From assembly GCA_051960255.1 (NCBI GenBank), contig JBQCEL010000191.1, positions 2,604 through 66,603 on the forward strand: DNA of 64,000 bases, read 5' to 3'. Positions 19,885-30,156 of this stretch are shown piece after piece. Numbering within the stretch: position 1 is the stretch's first letter; every line of letters begins with the position of its first letter. Source of the stretch: Rhizobiaceae bacterium. GTDB taxonomy: Bacteria > Pseudomonadota > Alphaproteobacteria > Rhizobiales > Rhizobiaceae. The notes under the pieces are model-generated. The model saw nothing but the letters and a program-made list of their open reading frames with translations, searched no databases and was not told where the DNA came from. Both the position numbers and the translations under genes were made by a program.

Positions 19885-20015
19885 TCGAAGGATCGCCAGG
19901 AAAGGGTCTGAGGCACGATCCTGTAGGAGGCTATCGATCTTCCCAGAAGATCGTGCCCGGATGAAGAAAGATCTGATGCACCCCAGCGGGCGTCACGGTC
20001 TGGGAAGGGCAAAGC

Positions 20016-20687
20016 GTGCAGGCCGGAAATATCTCTTACCGAAAAGAAGGCGATCTGCCGGCGCATATTCCCGTCTTCCCACTGACGGCGGCGCTGTTGT
20101 TGCCGGGCGGCCGCATGCCGCTCAACATCTTTGAGCCGCGCTATCTGCAGATGGTCGATGCGGCGATCGCGGGTTCGCGCATCGTCGGGATGGTGCAGCC
20201 GAGCCTTGACGGCGCTGAAAGAGAGGACGGTGAGCCGGAACTCTGTCAGGTCGGCTGCGCCGGCCGCATCGTGTCCTTCGCGGAGACGGGCGACGGTCGC
20301 TATCTGGTCTCGCTTCAGGGAATCTGCCGCTTCCGCATCCTGTCCGAACTCCACGCAAAGACTCCGTTCCGCCAATGCCGGATCATGCCGTTTGTCGGCG
20401 ATCTCGACGAGGAACGGCAGGGCGGCGAGGTCGACCGACCGGCGCTGCTGCGCGTGTTCCGCGCCTATCTCGAGGCGAACGGGCTCGACGCGGATTGGGA
20501 CAGTATCAGCCGTGCCGAGAATGCAACGCTCGTCAATGCGCTCTCGATGATGTCGCCTTACGGCGCCGCCGAAAAGCAGGCGCTGCTGGAGGCCCCCGAC
20601 CTGAAGACGCGCGCCGAGACCCTTATCGCGATCACGGAGATGGAACTTGCTCGCGAAAGGGAAGATTTCGGGTCCAGCCTGCAATAG
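20016..20687 (+). CDS. LON peptidase substrate-binding (N-terminal) domain protein
   Basis: PVFPLTAALLLPGGRMPLNIFEPRYLQMV, AEKQALLEAPDL. Confidence 0.9.
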   Translation: MQAGNISYRKEGDLPAHIPVFPLTAALLLPGGRMPLNIFEPRYLQMVDAAIAGSRIVGMVQPSLDGAEREDGEPELCQVGCAGRIVSFAETGDGRYLVSLQGICRFRILSELHAKTPFRQCRIMPFVGDLDEERQGGEVDRPALLRVFRAYLEANGLDADWDSISRAENATLVNALSMMSPYGAAEKQALLEAPDLKTRAETLIAITEMELAREREDFGSSLQ

Positions 20688-20813
20688 GGTCGGGAATTCC
20701 TCATATCTCGCCCGTCTGCGAGGCCGCCCGTCGAGGCGCGCTATCCTAGCCTTGGACAAACATGCCGGTTCCGCTAGAAACATTGCGAGGGAGCGCGGAA
20801 GGGAGGTCCGGCG

Positions 20814-22715
20814 ATGACATCACGCTATCACGAGGTTTACCGGCATTGGCAGCGAGACCCGGAAGGGTTTTGGGCGGAAGCCGCGTCCGCCATCGACTGG
20901 TTCTCCCCGCCGGAGAAGATTTTCGACGCACATATGGGCGTCTATGGGCGCTGGTTCGTCGGCGCTGTGTGCAATATGTGCCACAACGCCGTCGATCGGC
21001 ATGTAGCGGGAGGTCGGGCAGAGCAGACGGCTCTGATTTATGACAGCCCCGTTACCGGGAAAAAGAGACGCTACACCTATGCGGAACTGAAGGAGGAAGT
21101 TTCAGCTCTCGCCGCGGTGCTTGTCGACCAAGGCATCGCGAAGGGCGATCGGGTGATCATCTATATGCCGATGGCGCCGGAAACGATCTTCGCGATGCTG
21201 GCCTGCGCGCGGATCGGCGCCGTTCATTCCGTCGTCTTCGGCGGTTTCGCCGCGCGCGAACTTGCAACCCGCATCGACGACGCCAAACCGAAGCTCATTA
21301 TTTCCGCGTCATGCGGCGTCGAGCCGGGGCGCATCGTCTCCTATAAGCCGCTGCTCGATCAGGCGATCACGCTTTCCGCGCACAAGCCGGAAGCCTGCAT
21401 CATTCTCCAGCGCGAGGAGGAACGATGCGATCTCGTTCGGGGACGCGATCTCGATTATGCCGAGAGCGTCGCCGGAACGCGCGGGCGTGACGTGCCCTGC
21501 GTCGCGCTCGCCGCCACCGATCCGCTGTACATCCTCTATACGTCCGGCACCACCGGCCGGCCCAAAGGCGTGGTGCGCGACACAGGCGGCCATATGGTCG
21601 CGCTCGAATGGTCGATGAAAAACGAATTCGGCGTCGATCCGGGCGAGGTCTTCTGGGCGGCATCGGACGTCGGTTGGGTCGTGGGGCATTCCTATATCGT
21701 TTACGCTCCCTTGCTTCACGGCTGCACGACTGTTCTGTTCGAAGGAAAGCCGGTCGGAACTCCCGATGCCGGGACGTTCTGGCGCGTCATCGCCGAACAT
21801 GGCGTCGTCGCGCTCTTCACCGCGCCGACCGCCTTCCGCGCGATCAGGGCGCAGGACCCCAAAGGCAGCTTCATCGGCAAGCATGACATGTCGCGCTTCC
21901 GCACGCTCTTTCTTGCCGGCGAGCGCGCGGATCCCGATACGGTCAAATGGGCGGAAGAGCATCTGGAAGTTCCGGTCATCGACCATTGGTGGCAGACCGA
22001 AACCGGTTCGCCGATCAGCCAGAATCCGGTGGGACTGGGTCTCTTGCACACCAAATATGGTTCACCTGGCGTGCCGATGCCGGGCTATGCCATGGAGGTC
22101 CTGGACGATGCCGGCCATCCGGTCGGCCGCGGCGTGCTGGGTAACATCGTGGCGAAGCTGCCGCTGCCGCCCGGCTGCCTGCCGACGCTCTGGCATGCGG
22201 ACGACCGCTTCCGGCAGGCCTATCTCGACGAGTTTCCCGGTTACTACAAAACAGCCGACGCCGGCTATATCGATGAAGACGGCTATCTCTTCATCATGGC
22301 GCGCACCGACGATATCATCAATGTCGCCGGTCATCGCCTCTCGACGGGCGGCATGGAGGAGGTTATCGCCGAGCATCCGGATGTCGCCGAATGCGCCGTG
22401 ATCGGGGTCGCCGACAAGACGAAGGGACAGGCGCCGTGCGGCTTCATCGTCCTCAATGCCGGCGTTTCAAGAGCTTTTGGGGAGATCGAGAGAGAGGTCG
22501 TGGCTCTGGTGCGCGAGAAGATCGGTCCCGTGGCGGCCTTCAAGACGGTCGTGACCGTCAAGCGCTTGCCCAAGACGCGCTCGGGCAAGATCCTGCGTGG
22601 AACGATGCAGAAGATCGCCGATCGGGAGGACTGGTCGATGCCGGCCACGATCGACGATCCGGCGATCCTGGACGAGATCACGGCGGCCTTGAGGGAACGC
22701 GGCCTCGCTTTGTGA
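20814..22715 (+). CDS. prpE: Propionyl-CoA synthetase
   Basis: YTSGTTGRPKG AMP-binding motif, DHWWQTETG, LPKTRSGKILR. Confidence 0.88.
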   Translation: MTSRYHEVYRHWQRDPEGFWAEAASAIDWFSPPEKIFDAHMGVYGRWFVGAVCNMCHNAVDRHVAGGRAEQTALIYDSPVTGKKRRYTYAELKEEVSALAAVLVDQGIAKGDRVIIYMPMAPETIFAMLACARIGAVHSVVFGGFAARELATRIDDAKPKLIISASCGVEPGRIVSYKPLLDQAITLSAHKPEACIILQREEERCDLVRGRDLDYAESVAGTRGRDVPCVALAATDPLYILYTSGTTGRPKGVVRDTGGHMVALEWSMKNEFGVDPGEVFWAASDVGWVVGHSYIVYAPLLHGCTTVLFEGKPVGTPDAGTFWRVIAEHGVVALFTAPTAFRAIRAQDPKGSFIGKHDMSRFRTLFLAGERADPDTVKWAEEHLEVPVIDHWWQTETGSPISQNPVGLGLLHTKYGSPGVPMPGYAMEVLDDAGHPVGRGVLGNIVAKLPLPPGCLPTLWHADDRFRQAYLDEFPGYYKTADAGYIDEDGYLFIMARTDDIINVAGHRLSTGGMEEVIAEHPDVAECAVIGVADKTKGQAPCGFIVLNAGVSRAFGEIEREVVALVREKIGPVAAFKTVVTVKRLPKTRSGKILRGTMQKIADREDWSMPATIDDPAILDEITAALRERGLAL

Positions 22716-22793
22716 AGGGCGCCCTTGCTGCTGACGCAAAGTTGGCGGGAAGGGTGTGAGAAGATGTCTCCTGCAAAACCAGGAGATATCGAA

Positions 22794-22967
22794 ATGGCCG
22801 CGGCTCGCATGTTTGAAAGGATTGGGCGTCGCTTTGCCTATTGGCGCGCTCTTCGCGACGAAATCCGGACAGAAAGGGTGATGAATGCCCTTCCGCGAGA
22901 GGTCCGAAAGGATATAGGGTGGCCCGACCTCTATGCCGGCCACGATGTCCGGAACCTGCGGGATTGA
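22794..22967 (+). CDS. Small DUF1127 (YjiS-like) protein
   Basis: AGGAGA RBS; WRALRDEIRTERVMNALPREVRKDIGWPD matches the R..L..L....L.DIG pattern. Confidence 0.7.
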   Translation: MAAARMFERIGRRFAYWRALRDEIRTERVMNALPREVRKDIGWPDLYAGHDVRNLRD

Positions 22968-22996
22968 ACCGCCGCTCGGCACGAAAACTGGGCTGC

Positions 22997-23030
22997 CGAG
23001 CCTCCTGACATAGTGTTGTCAGGAGGCTCG
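22997..23030. promoter_or_regulatory. Perfect 14-bp inverted repeat, candidate WYL-regulator operator
   Basis: CGAGCCTCCTGACA-TAGTGT-TGTCAGGAGGCTCG; no U-tract on either side. Confidence 0.55.
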
Positions 23031-23207
23031 TGACATTCTGCGGCAGGAATCGGCAGGAGCTTGATCGGGGAAAGCGGCTTTCAGGCCCGCAAGATCGGTT
23101 CGGACAAAAGATCAAATCGTGGACTACTGCCTGACGGCTTCGGTATGATTGCCCGTAACGGGCAGCTCGTCTCGTGCCACAAGTGCAGACATTGCAGAGG
23201 TATTCGC

Positions 23208-23918
23208 ATGCGTCGCGCAGACCGCCTCTTCCAGATCGTCCAGCATTTGCGGGGCGGGCGTCTCGTCACCGCTCGCATGCTCGGCGAGCGGCTCGAAGTC
23301 TCCGAGCGGACGATCTATCGCGATATTGCCGACCTCCAATCGACCGGCGTGCCCATCGATGGGGAGGCAGGCGTGGGCTATATCATGCGCGAAGGCTTCG
23401 ACCTGCCGCCGCTGATGTTCACGCGCGACGAAATCGTGGCGCTGGTCGCCGGCGCCCGCATGGTGCGAGCCTTCGGCGGCGCAACCATGGCCCGCGCGGC
23501 GGAAGAAGCGCTCGTCAAGATCGGGGCGGTGCTGCCGGATTCCGAAAAATCCCGCATCGCGCAGACGAGCATCCATGCGCCGACCTATGTGATTTCCGAC
23601 AGTGCGCGTCGGTCGGTGGATCTCGCCGAACGGGCAATAGAAGCGCGAGAGATATTGAGGCTCAATTATCGCGACGAAGCCGGCCGGCCGAGCGAGCGGG
23701 AGGTCAGGCCTCTCGGGCTGTGGTTCTGGGGCAAGGTGTGGACGCTGGTGGCGTGGTGCGAACTGCGTGACGATTTTCGCGCCTTCCGCATCGACCGCAT
23801 CGCCGAACTGATCGCCACCGGACGCATCTTCCGGCCCGAACGCGGCAAGACGCTCAGCGATTTCTATCGCACCGTCGAGGTTTGGGAGCGCTCGCCGCGG
23901 ATGGACGAGGCCGTTTGA
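23208..23918 (+). CDS. YafY-family HTH-WYL transcriptional regulator
   Basis: MRRADRLFQIVQHLR, LEVSERTIYRDI wHTH; WTLVAWCELRDDFRAFRIDRI WYL domain. Confidence 0.93.
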   Translation: MRRADRLFQIVQHLRGGRLVTARMLGERLEVSERTIYRDIADLQSTGVPIDGEAGVGYIMREGFDLPPLMFTRDEIVALVAGARMVRAFGGATMARAAEEALVKIGAVLPDSEKSRIAQTSIHAPTYVISDSARRSVDLAERAIEAREILRLNYRDEAGRPSEREVRPLGLWFWGKVWTLVAWCELRDDFRAFRIDRIAELIATGRIFRPERGKTLSDFYRTVEVWERSPRMDEAV

Positions 23919-23945
23919 GGCCTGAAGGCAGATTGTCTTCTGTGC

Positions 23946-25298
23946 TTAGGCCGCGTCCCGGGTTTCGGAGATCACGCCGACGATTTCGTTGACGACATTC
24001 TCGATAAGCGACTTGTCGTCGGCTTCCGCCATGACGCGGATGAGCGGCTCCGTCCCGGAAGGGCGGATCACCAGACGGCCCGTCTTGCCGAGCTTTGCCT
24101 TGGCGTCCTCGATCGCCGTCTTTACCTGTGCCGATTCCAACGGCTTGCCGCCGCTGAAGCGGACATTCCTCAGAATCTGCGGCACCGGCTCGAAACGGCG
24201 ACAGACCTCGCTCGCCGGACGTCCTGTACGCTTGATGCAGGCCAGCACCTGCAGCGCCGAAACCAGACCATCACCCGTCGTCGAGAAGTCTGAGAGGACG
24301 ATATGGCCGGACTGCTCGCCGCCGACATTGAAGCCGTGGGCGCGCATATGTTCGACCACATAGCGGTCTCCAACCTTGGTGCGATGAAGCGCCAGCCCCC
24401 TGTCGCCCAGGAACCTCTCGAGCCCTAGATTGGACATGACGGTGGCGACGATACCGCCACCGGAGAGCCGCCCGTTCTGGTGCCATGTCTCGGCCACCAG
24501 CGCCATCACCTGGTCGCCATCGACGATGGTTCCGTTCTCGTCGACGATGATCATCCGGTCGGCGTCGCCGTCCAGCGCGATGCCAATGTCGGCGCGAACC
24601 TCATGCACCTTCTTGCAGAGGCCGAGCGGATCGGTCGAACCGCATTCCTTGTTGATGTTGAAGCCGTTGGGCTCGACATTGATGGCGATGACCTCGGCGC
24701 CGAGTTCCCAGAGCGCCGCGGGAGCAACCTTGTAGGCGGCGCCGTTGGCGCAATCGATGACGACGCGCAAGCCGGCGAGCGACATGGAGCGCGGCAGAGT
24801 GCGCTTGGCGAATTCGATATAACGGTCATGCACGCCATCGATACGCTTGGCGCGCCCAAGCCCGTCGGAATCCGCGAGGTCAAGCCCGCCCTCCTTCTCT
24901 AGCAGGCCTTCGATCCTCTGCTCGATCTCGTCGGAGAGCTTGTAGCCGTCCGGGCCGAAAAGCTTGATGCCGTTGTCATGATAGGGATTGTGCGAGGCGG
25001 AGATCATGACGCCGATATCGGCGCGCAGCGACCGGGCGAGCATGGCGACCGCCGGCGTCGGGATGGGGCCGAGCAGGAACACATCCATTCCCGCGGCGCA
25101 GAAGCCCGCCACCATCGCGTTTTCCAGCATATAGCCGGAGAGCCTCGTATCCTTGCCGATGACGACGCGGTGCCGGTGATTGCCGCGCTGGAACGACATG
25201 CCGGCGGCTATGCCGACCTTCATGGCGACTTCCGCCGTCATTGGAAAAGAATTCGCGCGGCCCCGGATACCGTCGGTTCCGAAATAGCGATTTGGCAT
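23946..25298 (-). CDS. glmM: Phosphoglucosamine mutase
   Basis: [17 protein letters not shown] (catalytic Ser), [21 protein letters not shown]. Confidence 0.97.
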   Translation of the reverse strand: MPNRYFGTDGIRGRANSFPMTAEVAMKVGIAAGMSFQRGNHRHRVVIGKDTRLSGYMLENAMVAGFCAAGMDVFLLGPIPTPAVAMLARSLRADIGVMISASHNPYHDNGIKLFGPDGYKLSDEIEQRIEGLLEKEGGLDLADSDGLGRAKRIDGVHDRYIEFAKRTLPRSMSLAGLRVVIDCANGAAYKVAPAALWELGAEVIAINVEPNGFNINKECGSTDPLGLCKKVHEVRADIGIALDGDADRMIIVDENGTIVDGDQVMALVAETWHQNGRLSGGGIVATVMSNLGLERFLGDRGLALHRTKVGDRYVVEHMRAHGFNVGGEQSGHIVLSDFSTTGDGLVSALQVLACIKRTGRPASEVCRRFEPVPQILRNVRFSGGKPLESAQVKTAIEDAKAKLGKTGRLVIRPSGTEPLIRVMAEADDKSLIENVVNEIVGVISETRDAA

Positions 25299-25423
25299 GA
25301 TTTTTTTCTGGCCCACGTTCCGCACCTCGCGCACAATTGCCATACAATGCCCGTCGCCGAGCATCACAATATATATGAAGATGTTACGGAATCTTTTCCT
25401 TCGGGCCTGCCTCTTTGGCCGAG

Positions 25424-25467
25424 GCATGATCTATTCGGGAAACCGGTGTCCACTTCCCGGATCATGC
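25424..25467. repeat. Short palindromic intergenic repeat of the GCATGATC...GATCATGC type seen in Rhizobiales
   Basis: GCATGATCtattcgggaaaaccggtgtccacttcccgGATCATGC: 8-bp perfect terminal IR plus inner CGGGAA/TTCCCG. Confidence 0.6.
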
Positions 25468-25608
25468 TCCAACTGCAGCCGGTCCGCCGCTTCTCCTTAA
25501 CCCTGTCCCTTCTCCCGAACATATACCTCGGCTTCAATCAAGTCACCACGCGAGGCGAAGCATCGTGCCGCAATCGGGCTGAAAAGCACAGGCATGCGGG
25601 GCGTCGCG

Positions 25609-26064
25609 TCAGTCCCTGAAGCGCGCTCCAACACGTTCGATCTCCGCCACCATCTTCTTGAAATTCTCGACCATGCGACGATGGAGAGCGGCGGCAGCCT
25701 CCGGATATTCCTCGAGGATGCGCCGGAACAGCCTGCGGTTGATCTTCAGGAGTTCCAGGTCGGTCAACGCGGCGGCGCCCGTGAGATGGGTGGTTTCGGC
25801 GATCAGCGCAAACTCGCCAAGGAGGCTTCCGGCCTCAGCGCGACCGACCTCCGCCCGCCCGGATTCGCGCTCGTGAAAGAGACCGACCGTGCCGGCGACG
25901 ACGACGCAGGCTCCGTCTGCTGGCTCCCCCTCGTGATAGAGATCCCTGCCGGCCGCGATCCGCATGCTCTCCGCGCCGAAAGCCAGAAGCCTTAACTGAT
26001 CTTGCGTGAAACTCCCGAAGAGACTCACGCCGGACAAGGTGCGTATGTCATCGTCCAGCGCCAA
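25609..26064 (-). CDS. Stand-alone cyclic nucleotide-binding domain protein
   Basis: LYHEGEPADGACVVVAG, GSLLGEFALI; no HTH. Confidence 0.85.
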   Translation of the reverse strand: MALDDDIRTLSGVSLFGSFTQDQLRLLAFGAESMRIAAGRDLYHEGEPADGACVVVAGTVGLFHERESGRAEVGRAEAGSLLGEFALIAETTHLTGAAALTDLELLKINRRLFRRILEEYPEAAAALHRRMVENFKKMVAEIERVGARFRD

Positions 26065-26117
26065 TCACTGTCCCCTTGACGATCGTCCCCTCCCGCCCGA
26101 CCGGCCGAAAACCCCGA

Positions 26118-26801
26118 TCAGGGAACGAGTTTATATCCGCCGCTTTCTGTCACAAGAATTTCCGCATTGGAAGGATCGCGTTCGATCTTCTGGCGTAGCC
26201 TGTAGACATGCGTTTCCAGCGTGTGGGTGGTGACGCCGGAATTATAACCCCAGACCTCTTCGAGCAGGACGTCGCGCGTCACTACCTTCTGGTCGGCCCG
26301 GTAAAGGTATTTTATGATGGAGGCTTCTTTCTCCGTCAGCCTGACCTTGCCGCCTTTCTGGTCGAGCAGAAGTTTCTGGCTCGGCTTGAATGTATAGGGG
26401 CCGACGCCGAATGTCGCGTCCTCGCTCTGTTCGTGCTGGCGAAGCTGCGCCCTTATCCGGGCAAGCAGGACAGCAAAACGAAACGGCTTGGTGATGTAAT
26501 CGTTGGCGCCGGCCTCGAGGCCGAGGATGGTGTCGGAATCGGTGTCCTGCCCGGTCAGCATGATGATCGGGGCCTTGTACCCGCTCTTGCGGAGGATCTT
26601 GACGGCCTCGCGGCCATCCATGTCGGGCAGCCCGACATCCATGATCAGCAGATCGACGATGCCGCTGCGGGCGGCCTGTATGCCCTTGCCGGCTGTTTCT
26701 TCCTGCAGCACCATGAATTCCTCATAGAGCGACAACTGCTCATGAAGGGTGCTGCGCAAATCCTCGTCGTCATCGACAATCAGGATAGTACGTGACGCCA
26801 T
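26118..26801 (-). CDS. OmpR-family response regulator
   Basis: ILIVDDD, MDVGLPDMDG, GANDYITKPF, HTLETHVYRLRQKI. Confidence 0.93.
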   Translation of the reverse strand: MASRTILIVDDDEDLRSTLHEQLSLYEEFMVLQEETAGKGIQAARSGIVDLLIMDVGLPDMDGREAVKILRKSGYKAPIIMLTGQDTDSDTILGLEAGANDYITKPFRFAVLLARIRAQLRQHEQSEDATFGVGPYTFKPSQKLLLDQKGGKVRLTEKEASIIKYLYRADQKVVTRDVLLEEVWGYNSGVTTHTLETHVYRLRQKIERDPSNAEILVTESGGYKLVP

Positions 26802-26944
26802 GCTTCGACCTATTTCTTGCGGATCGGGAGATCAATCCGTTACGCAGGACGGACGCGCCTGCAAAGCGGCTCGCGACAATTTGTTCACCGAATCGATCAT
26901 ACTCTAAAAAATGTGAAGGCAATCAACTGAATGAACTAAATGGC

Positions 26945-27466
26945 ATGCCGTTCCGAATTATCAACATACGCCGGCGGCCAGCAAGTCCGCGGCAGGGCCT
27001 TATGGCCGTCGGCTCGACGGTCTTTCCCTGCGCGCTTGGCCGCGGCGGCATTTCAGCGCTGAAACGCGAGGGGGACGGCGCGACGCCTCTTGCCGTGCTG
27101 CCGGTGCTCTGCGGCTACAGGAAGAATTCGCTGACGGCGCTGCGCTCGCCGCTTCCTGTCAGGGAAATCCGGGAAAATCTTGGCTGGTGCGACGCCCCGT
27201 CCGATCCGAATTACAACCGGCCCGTCCGGCTTCCCTATCACGCCAGCCACGAATCCATGCTGCGCGCCGACCAGCTTTACGACGTCTGCATCGTGCTCGA
27301 CTGGAATATCAGCGAGCGCAGGCGCAATCGCGGCAGCGCCATCTTCCTCCATATCGCGAGGCCGGGCCTGCAGCCGACCGAGGGCTGCGTCGCCGTCAGC
27401 CCCGCGACGATGCGGCGATTGCTGCCCCATCTTGCGAAAGGAACGCGTCTCAGGATCTGCGGATGA
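26945..27466 (+). CDS. L,D-transpeptidase (YkuD) family protein
   Basis: GDGATPL, GSAIFLH...PTEGCVA catalytic His/Cys motif. Confidence 0.85.
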   Translation: MPFRIINIRRRPASPRQGLMAVGSTVFPCALGRGGISALKREGDGATPLAVLPVLCGYRKNSLTALRSPLPVREIRENLGWCDAPSDPNYNRPVRLPYHASHESMLRADQLYDVCIVLDWNISERRRNRGSAIFLHIARPGLQPTEGCVAVSPATMRRLLPHLAKGTRLRICG

Positions 27467-27504
27467 CGCTGCTTCCCCGGATTTTCGCCTTGATGGCGGA
27501 TGCT

Positions 27505-29226
27505 TCATGCGAAGACAGGCGCGATTCGCGTCCGCTTGGGTACAAAGGAGCTGAAATCGCAGCCTTCGTCCGCCTGGAGGATCTGCTCATCGAAGAGGCG
27601 CCTGTAGCCGCGATAGTCCGCCGGCTCGATCAACGGCAACTGACCGGCGCGCCGCGCAAGCTCCGCCTCATCCACGAGAACATCCAATCGTCTGTTCTTC
27701 GTGTCCAGCCTGATCCTGTCGCCCGAACGGACAAGTCCGAGCGGACCGCTCCGCGCGGCTTCCGGCGTTATATGGAGGACGATGGTGCCGAAGGCGGTGC
27801 CGCTCATCCTCGCGTCCGAGATGCGGACCATGTCCTTGACTCCGGCCTCCGCCAGCTTTTTCGGTATCGGCAGATAGCCCGCTTCGGGCATTCCCGGCGC
27901 GCCGGCGGGCCCGGCATTTTGTAGGACGAGGACACTTTCGGGCGTGACGTCGAGATCGGGATCATCGATCCGTTCGGCGAGGTCGCGAAGGTTCCTGAAG
28001 ACGACAGCCGGCCCGGTATGCTGGAGAAGGTCCGGGTTCGCCGCCGCCTGCTTGATGACGGCGCCTCCCGGCGCGAGATTGCCTCTGAGGACCGCGATCG
28101 CTCCCGAGGGATAGACCGGATCACCGATCGGCTTCACCACCTCTTGCGCGAATGGGTCGGGGGCAGCGTCGATCTCCTCGCCAAGCGAGCGGCCGGCGAC
28201 GGTCAGGCAATCGGCATGGAGGAGCGGCCGCAGCTCGCGCAGAATGGGCGCGAGGCCGCCGGCCCTATGAAGGTCCTCCATATAGCCCTGTCCCGTCGGC
28301 TTGAGGTCGACGAGCACCGGCGTTTCTCTCCCCATTTTGTCGAATCGGTCGAGATCGATGCTGATGCCGGCGCGGCCGGCGATCGCCGTCAGATGGATGA
28401 GGGCGTTGGTGGACCCGCCGGCTGCGAGGACCACGCGCAAGGCGTTGGTGATCGATTCCGGCGTCACGATCCTGTCGGGCGTGAGGTTTTCCGCGGCCAT
28501 GGCAACAGCCCGCGCGCCGGTTTTCTCCGCGATCCTGCGCCGCTCGGCATAAACCGCCGGGATGGCGGCCGAGCCCGGCAGCATGAAGCCCATTGCTTCC
28601 GCCGCAAGCGCCATGGTGCTCGCGGTGCCCATGACCGAGCATGTTCCGATGGTCGGGGCCAATTCGTTGTTGACGGCCTCGATATCCGCCTCGCTGACCT
28701 CTCCCGCCCGATAGCGCGCCCAGAACCGGCGGCAATCGGTGCAGGCGCCGAGACGCTCGCCTTTAAAGCTTCCGGCCAGCATCGGGCCGGTGACGATCAT
28801 GATGGCCGGCACATTGGCGCTGATCGCGCCCATGAGCAGCGCCGGAACCGTCTTGTCGCAGCCGCCGATCAGGACGACGGCGTCCATCGGCTGCGCCCGG
28901 ATCATCTCTTCGGTGTCCATCGCCATCAGATTGCGCAGATACATGCTGGTGGGATGCGCAAAACTCTCCTGGATGGAGATGACGGGAAAGGGAACCGGAA
29001 CGCCACCGCTCAGCATCACCCCCCTGCTGACCGCCTCGACGATGTCGGGGACGTTACGATGGCAGGCATTGTAGCCAGAGCCGGTATCGACGATGCCAAT
29101 GATCGGCCGGCCAAGTGCCTCGTCCGTATAGCCCATGGCCTTGATGAAGGCCTTGCGCAGAAAGACGGAGAAACCGGCATCTCCGTAATTCGCAAGGTTC
29201 TTCCTCATTCCTCTGTCGTTCGGCAT
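27505..29226 (-). CDS. IlvD/Edd-family dehydratase (sugar-acid or dihydroxy-acid)
   Basis: GGCDKT, GTCSVMGTAS, GGSTNA, SDARMSGT; GGAGG RBS before ATG 29226. Confidence 0.88.
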   Translation of the reverse strand: MPNDRGMRKNLANYGDAGFSVFLRKAFIKAMGYTDEALGRPIIGIVDTGSGYNACHRNVPDIVEAVSRGVMLSGGVPVPFPVISIQESFAHPTSMYLRNLMAMDTEEMIRAQPMDAVVLIGGCDKTVPALLMGAISANVPAIMIVTGPMLAGSFKGERLGACTDCRRFWARYRAGEVSEADIEAVNNELAPTIGTCSVMGTASTMALAAEAMGFMLPGSAAIPAVYAERRRIAEKTGARAVAMAAENLTPDRIVTPESITNALRVVLAAGGSTNALIHLTAIAGRAGISIDLDRFDKMGRETPVLVDLKPTGQGYMEDLHRAGGLAPILRELRPLLHADCLTVAGRSLGEEIDAAPDPFAQEVVKPIGDPVYPSGAIAVLRGNLAPGGAVIKQAAANPDLLQHTGPAVVFRNLRDLAERIDDPDLDVTPESVLVLQNAGPAGAPGMPEAGYLPIPKKLAEAGVKDMVRISDARMSGTAFGTIVLHITPEAARSGPLGLVRSGDRIRLDTKNRRLDVLVDEAELARRAGQLPLIEPADYRGYRRLFDEQILQADEGCDFSSFVPKRTRIAPVFA

Positions 29227-29250
29227 TCTCACCTCCGGCTGCAGCAAAGC

Positions 29251-30006
29251 CTATTGCATGCCGCGTCTGCGTCGCGCCAGCATGTTCAGGCCCTCGACCA
29301 GCGCCGAGAAGGCCATCGCCGCATAGATGTAGCCCTTCGGCACATGATAGCCGAAGCCGTCTGCCACCAGCGTCATGCCGATCATCAGGAGAAAGCCGAG
29401 CGCCAGCATGACGATGCTCGGATTGGCGGAAATGAATTTGGATAGAGGCTCGGCGGCCAGAAGCATGACCAGAACCGCGCAGATGACGGCGATGAACATG
29501 ATGCCGATCTGATCGGTCATGCCGACCGCCGTGATGATGGAGTCGATCGAGAAGACGATATCCAGCATGAGGATTTGCAGGATCGCGCCGGCCATCGTCA
29601 TCGAAACCTTGCCCGTCACCCCGCTGCCGCGGTCCTGGTCGGAGGGATCGACAGAGTGGTGGATTTCCTTGGTGGCTTTCCACAGCAGGAATCCGCCTCC
29701 GGCGATCAGAATAACATCGCGCCAGGAGAAATCCTGCCCGAACACGGAAAAGACCGGCTCTGTCAGGTGAACGATGATGGAAACCGTCGTCAGGAGAAGA
29801 AGCCTGAGAATAAGCGCCCCGCCGATTCCGAGGCGGCGCGCGTTCTTCTGCTGATGCTCAGGAAGCTTGTTCGTCAGGATGGAGATGAAGATCAGATTGT
29901 CGATGCCGAGCACGATCTCCATCACCACCAGGGTGGCAAGCGCGGCCCATGCTGATGGCGAAGTGACGAAGGAAAGGTGAGGCAGAAGGTGATCCAGGAA
30001 GGACAT
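29251..30006 (-). CDS. TerC-family membrane protein
   Basis: [39 protein letters not shown]. Confidence 0.92.
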   Translation of the reverse strand: MSFLDHLLPHLSFVTSPSAWAALATLVVMEIVLGIDNLIFISILTNKLPEHQQKNARRLGIGGALILRLLLLTTVSIIVHLTEPVFSVFGQDFSWRDVILIAGGGFLLWKATKEIHHSVDPSDQDRGSGVTGKVSMTMAGAILQILMLDIVFSIDSIITAVGMTDQIGIMFIAVICAVLVMLLAAEPLSKFISANPSIVMLALGFLLMIGMTLVADGFGYHVPKGYIYAAMAFSALVEGLNMLARRRRGMQ

Positions 30007-30156
30007 GCGCTTTTCTGTCTCCGCGCGGAAAGGCTCGCGCAGAAGTAGGCATGGGGGCACCCGGCGTCAATGCCGGGCGCTGCGACTGATGCGTCGGTTC
30101 GCCGGGTGGAGAAGGGCCGCTTGCTTCGGCTGACCCTGCCGTACCCCGCTGCAGGT

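Noticed and set aside
23061-23207. 49-aa N-terminal extension of the WYL ORF, and similar extensions on COG4223, hemD, glmM, pyc, livG and clc
   Set aside because: Family N-termini and RBS positions point to downstream starts; these are ORF-caller longest-frame artefacts
25360-25390. AT-rich AATATATATGAAGATGTTAC as a possible dif site
   Set aside because: Lacks the TTATGT-like XerD arm and 11-6-11 symmetry
30007-30156. yybP-ykoY (Mn) riboswitch expected upstream of terC
   Set aside because: Consensus elements not found; only a sigma70-like TTGACG-N17-TACTTC is visible
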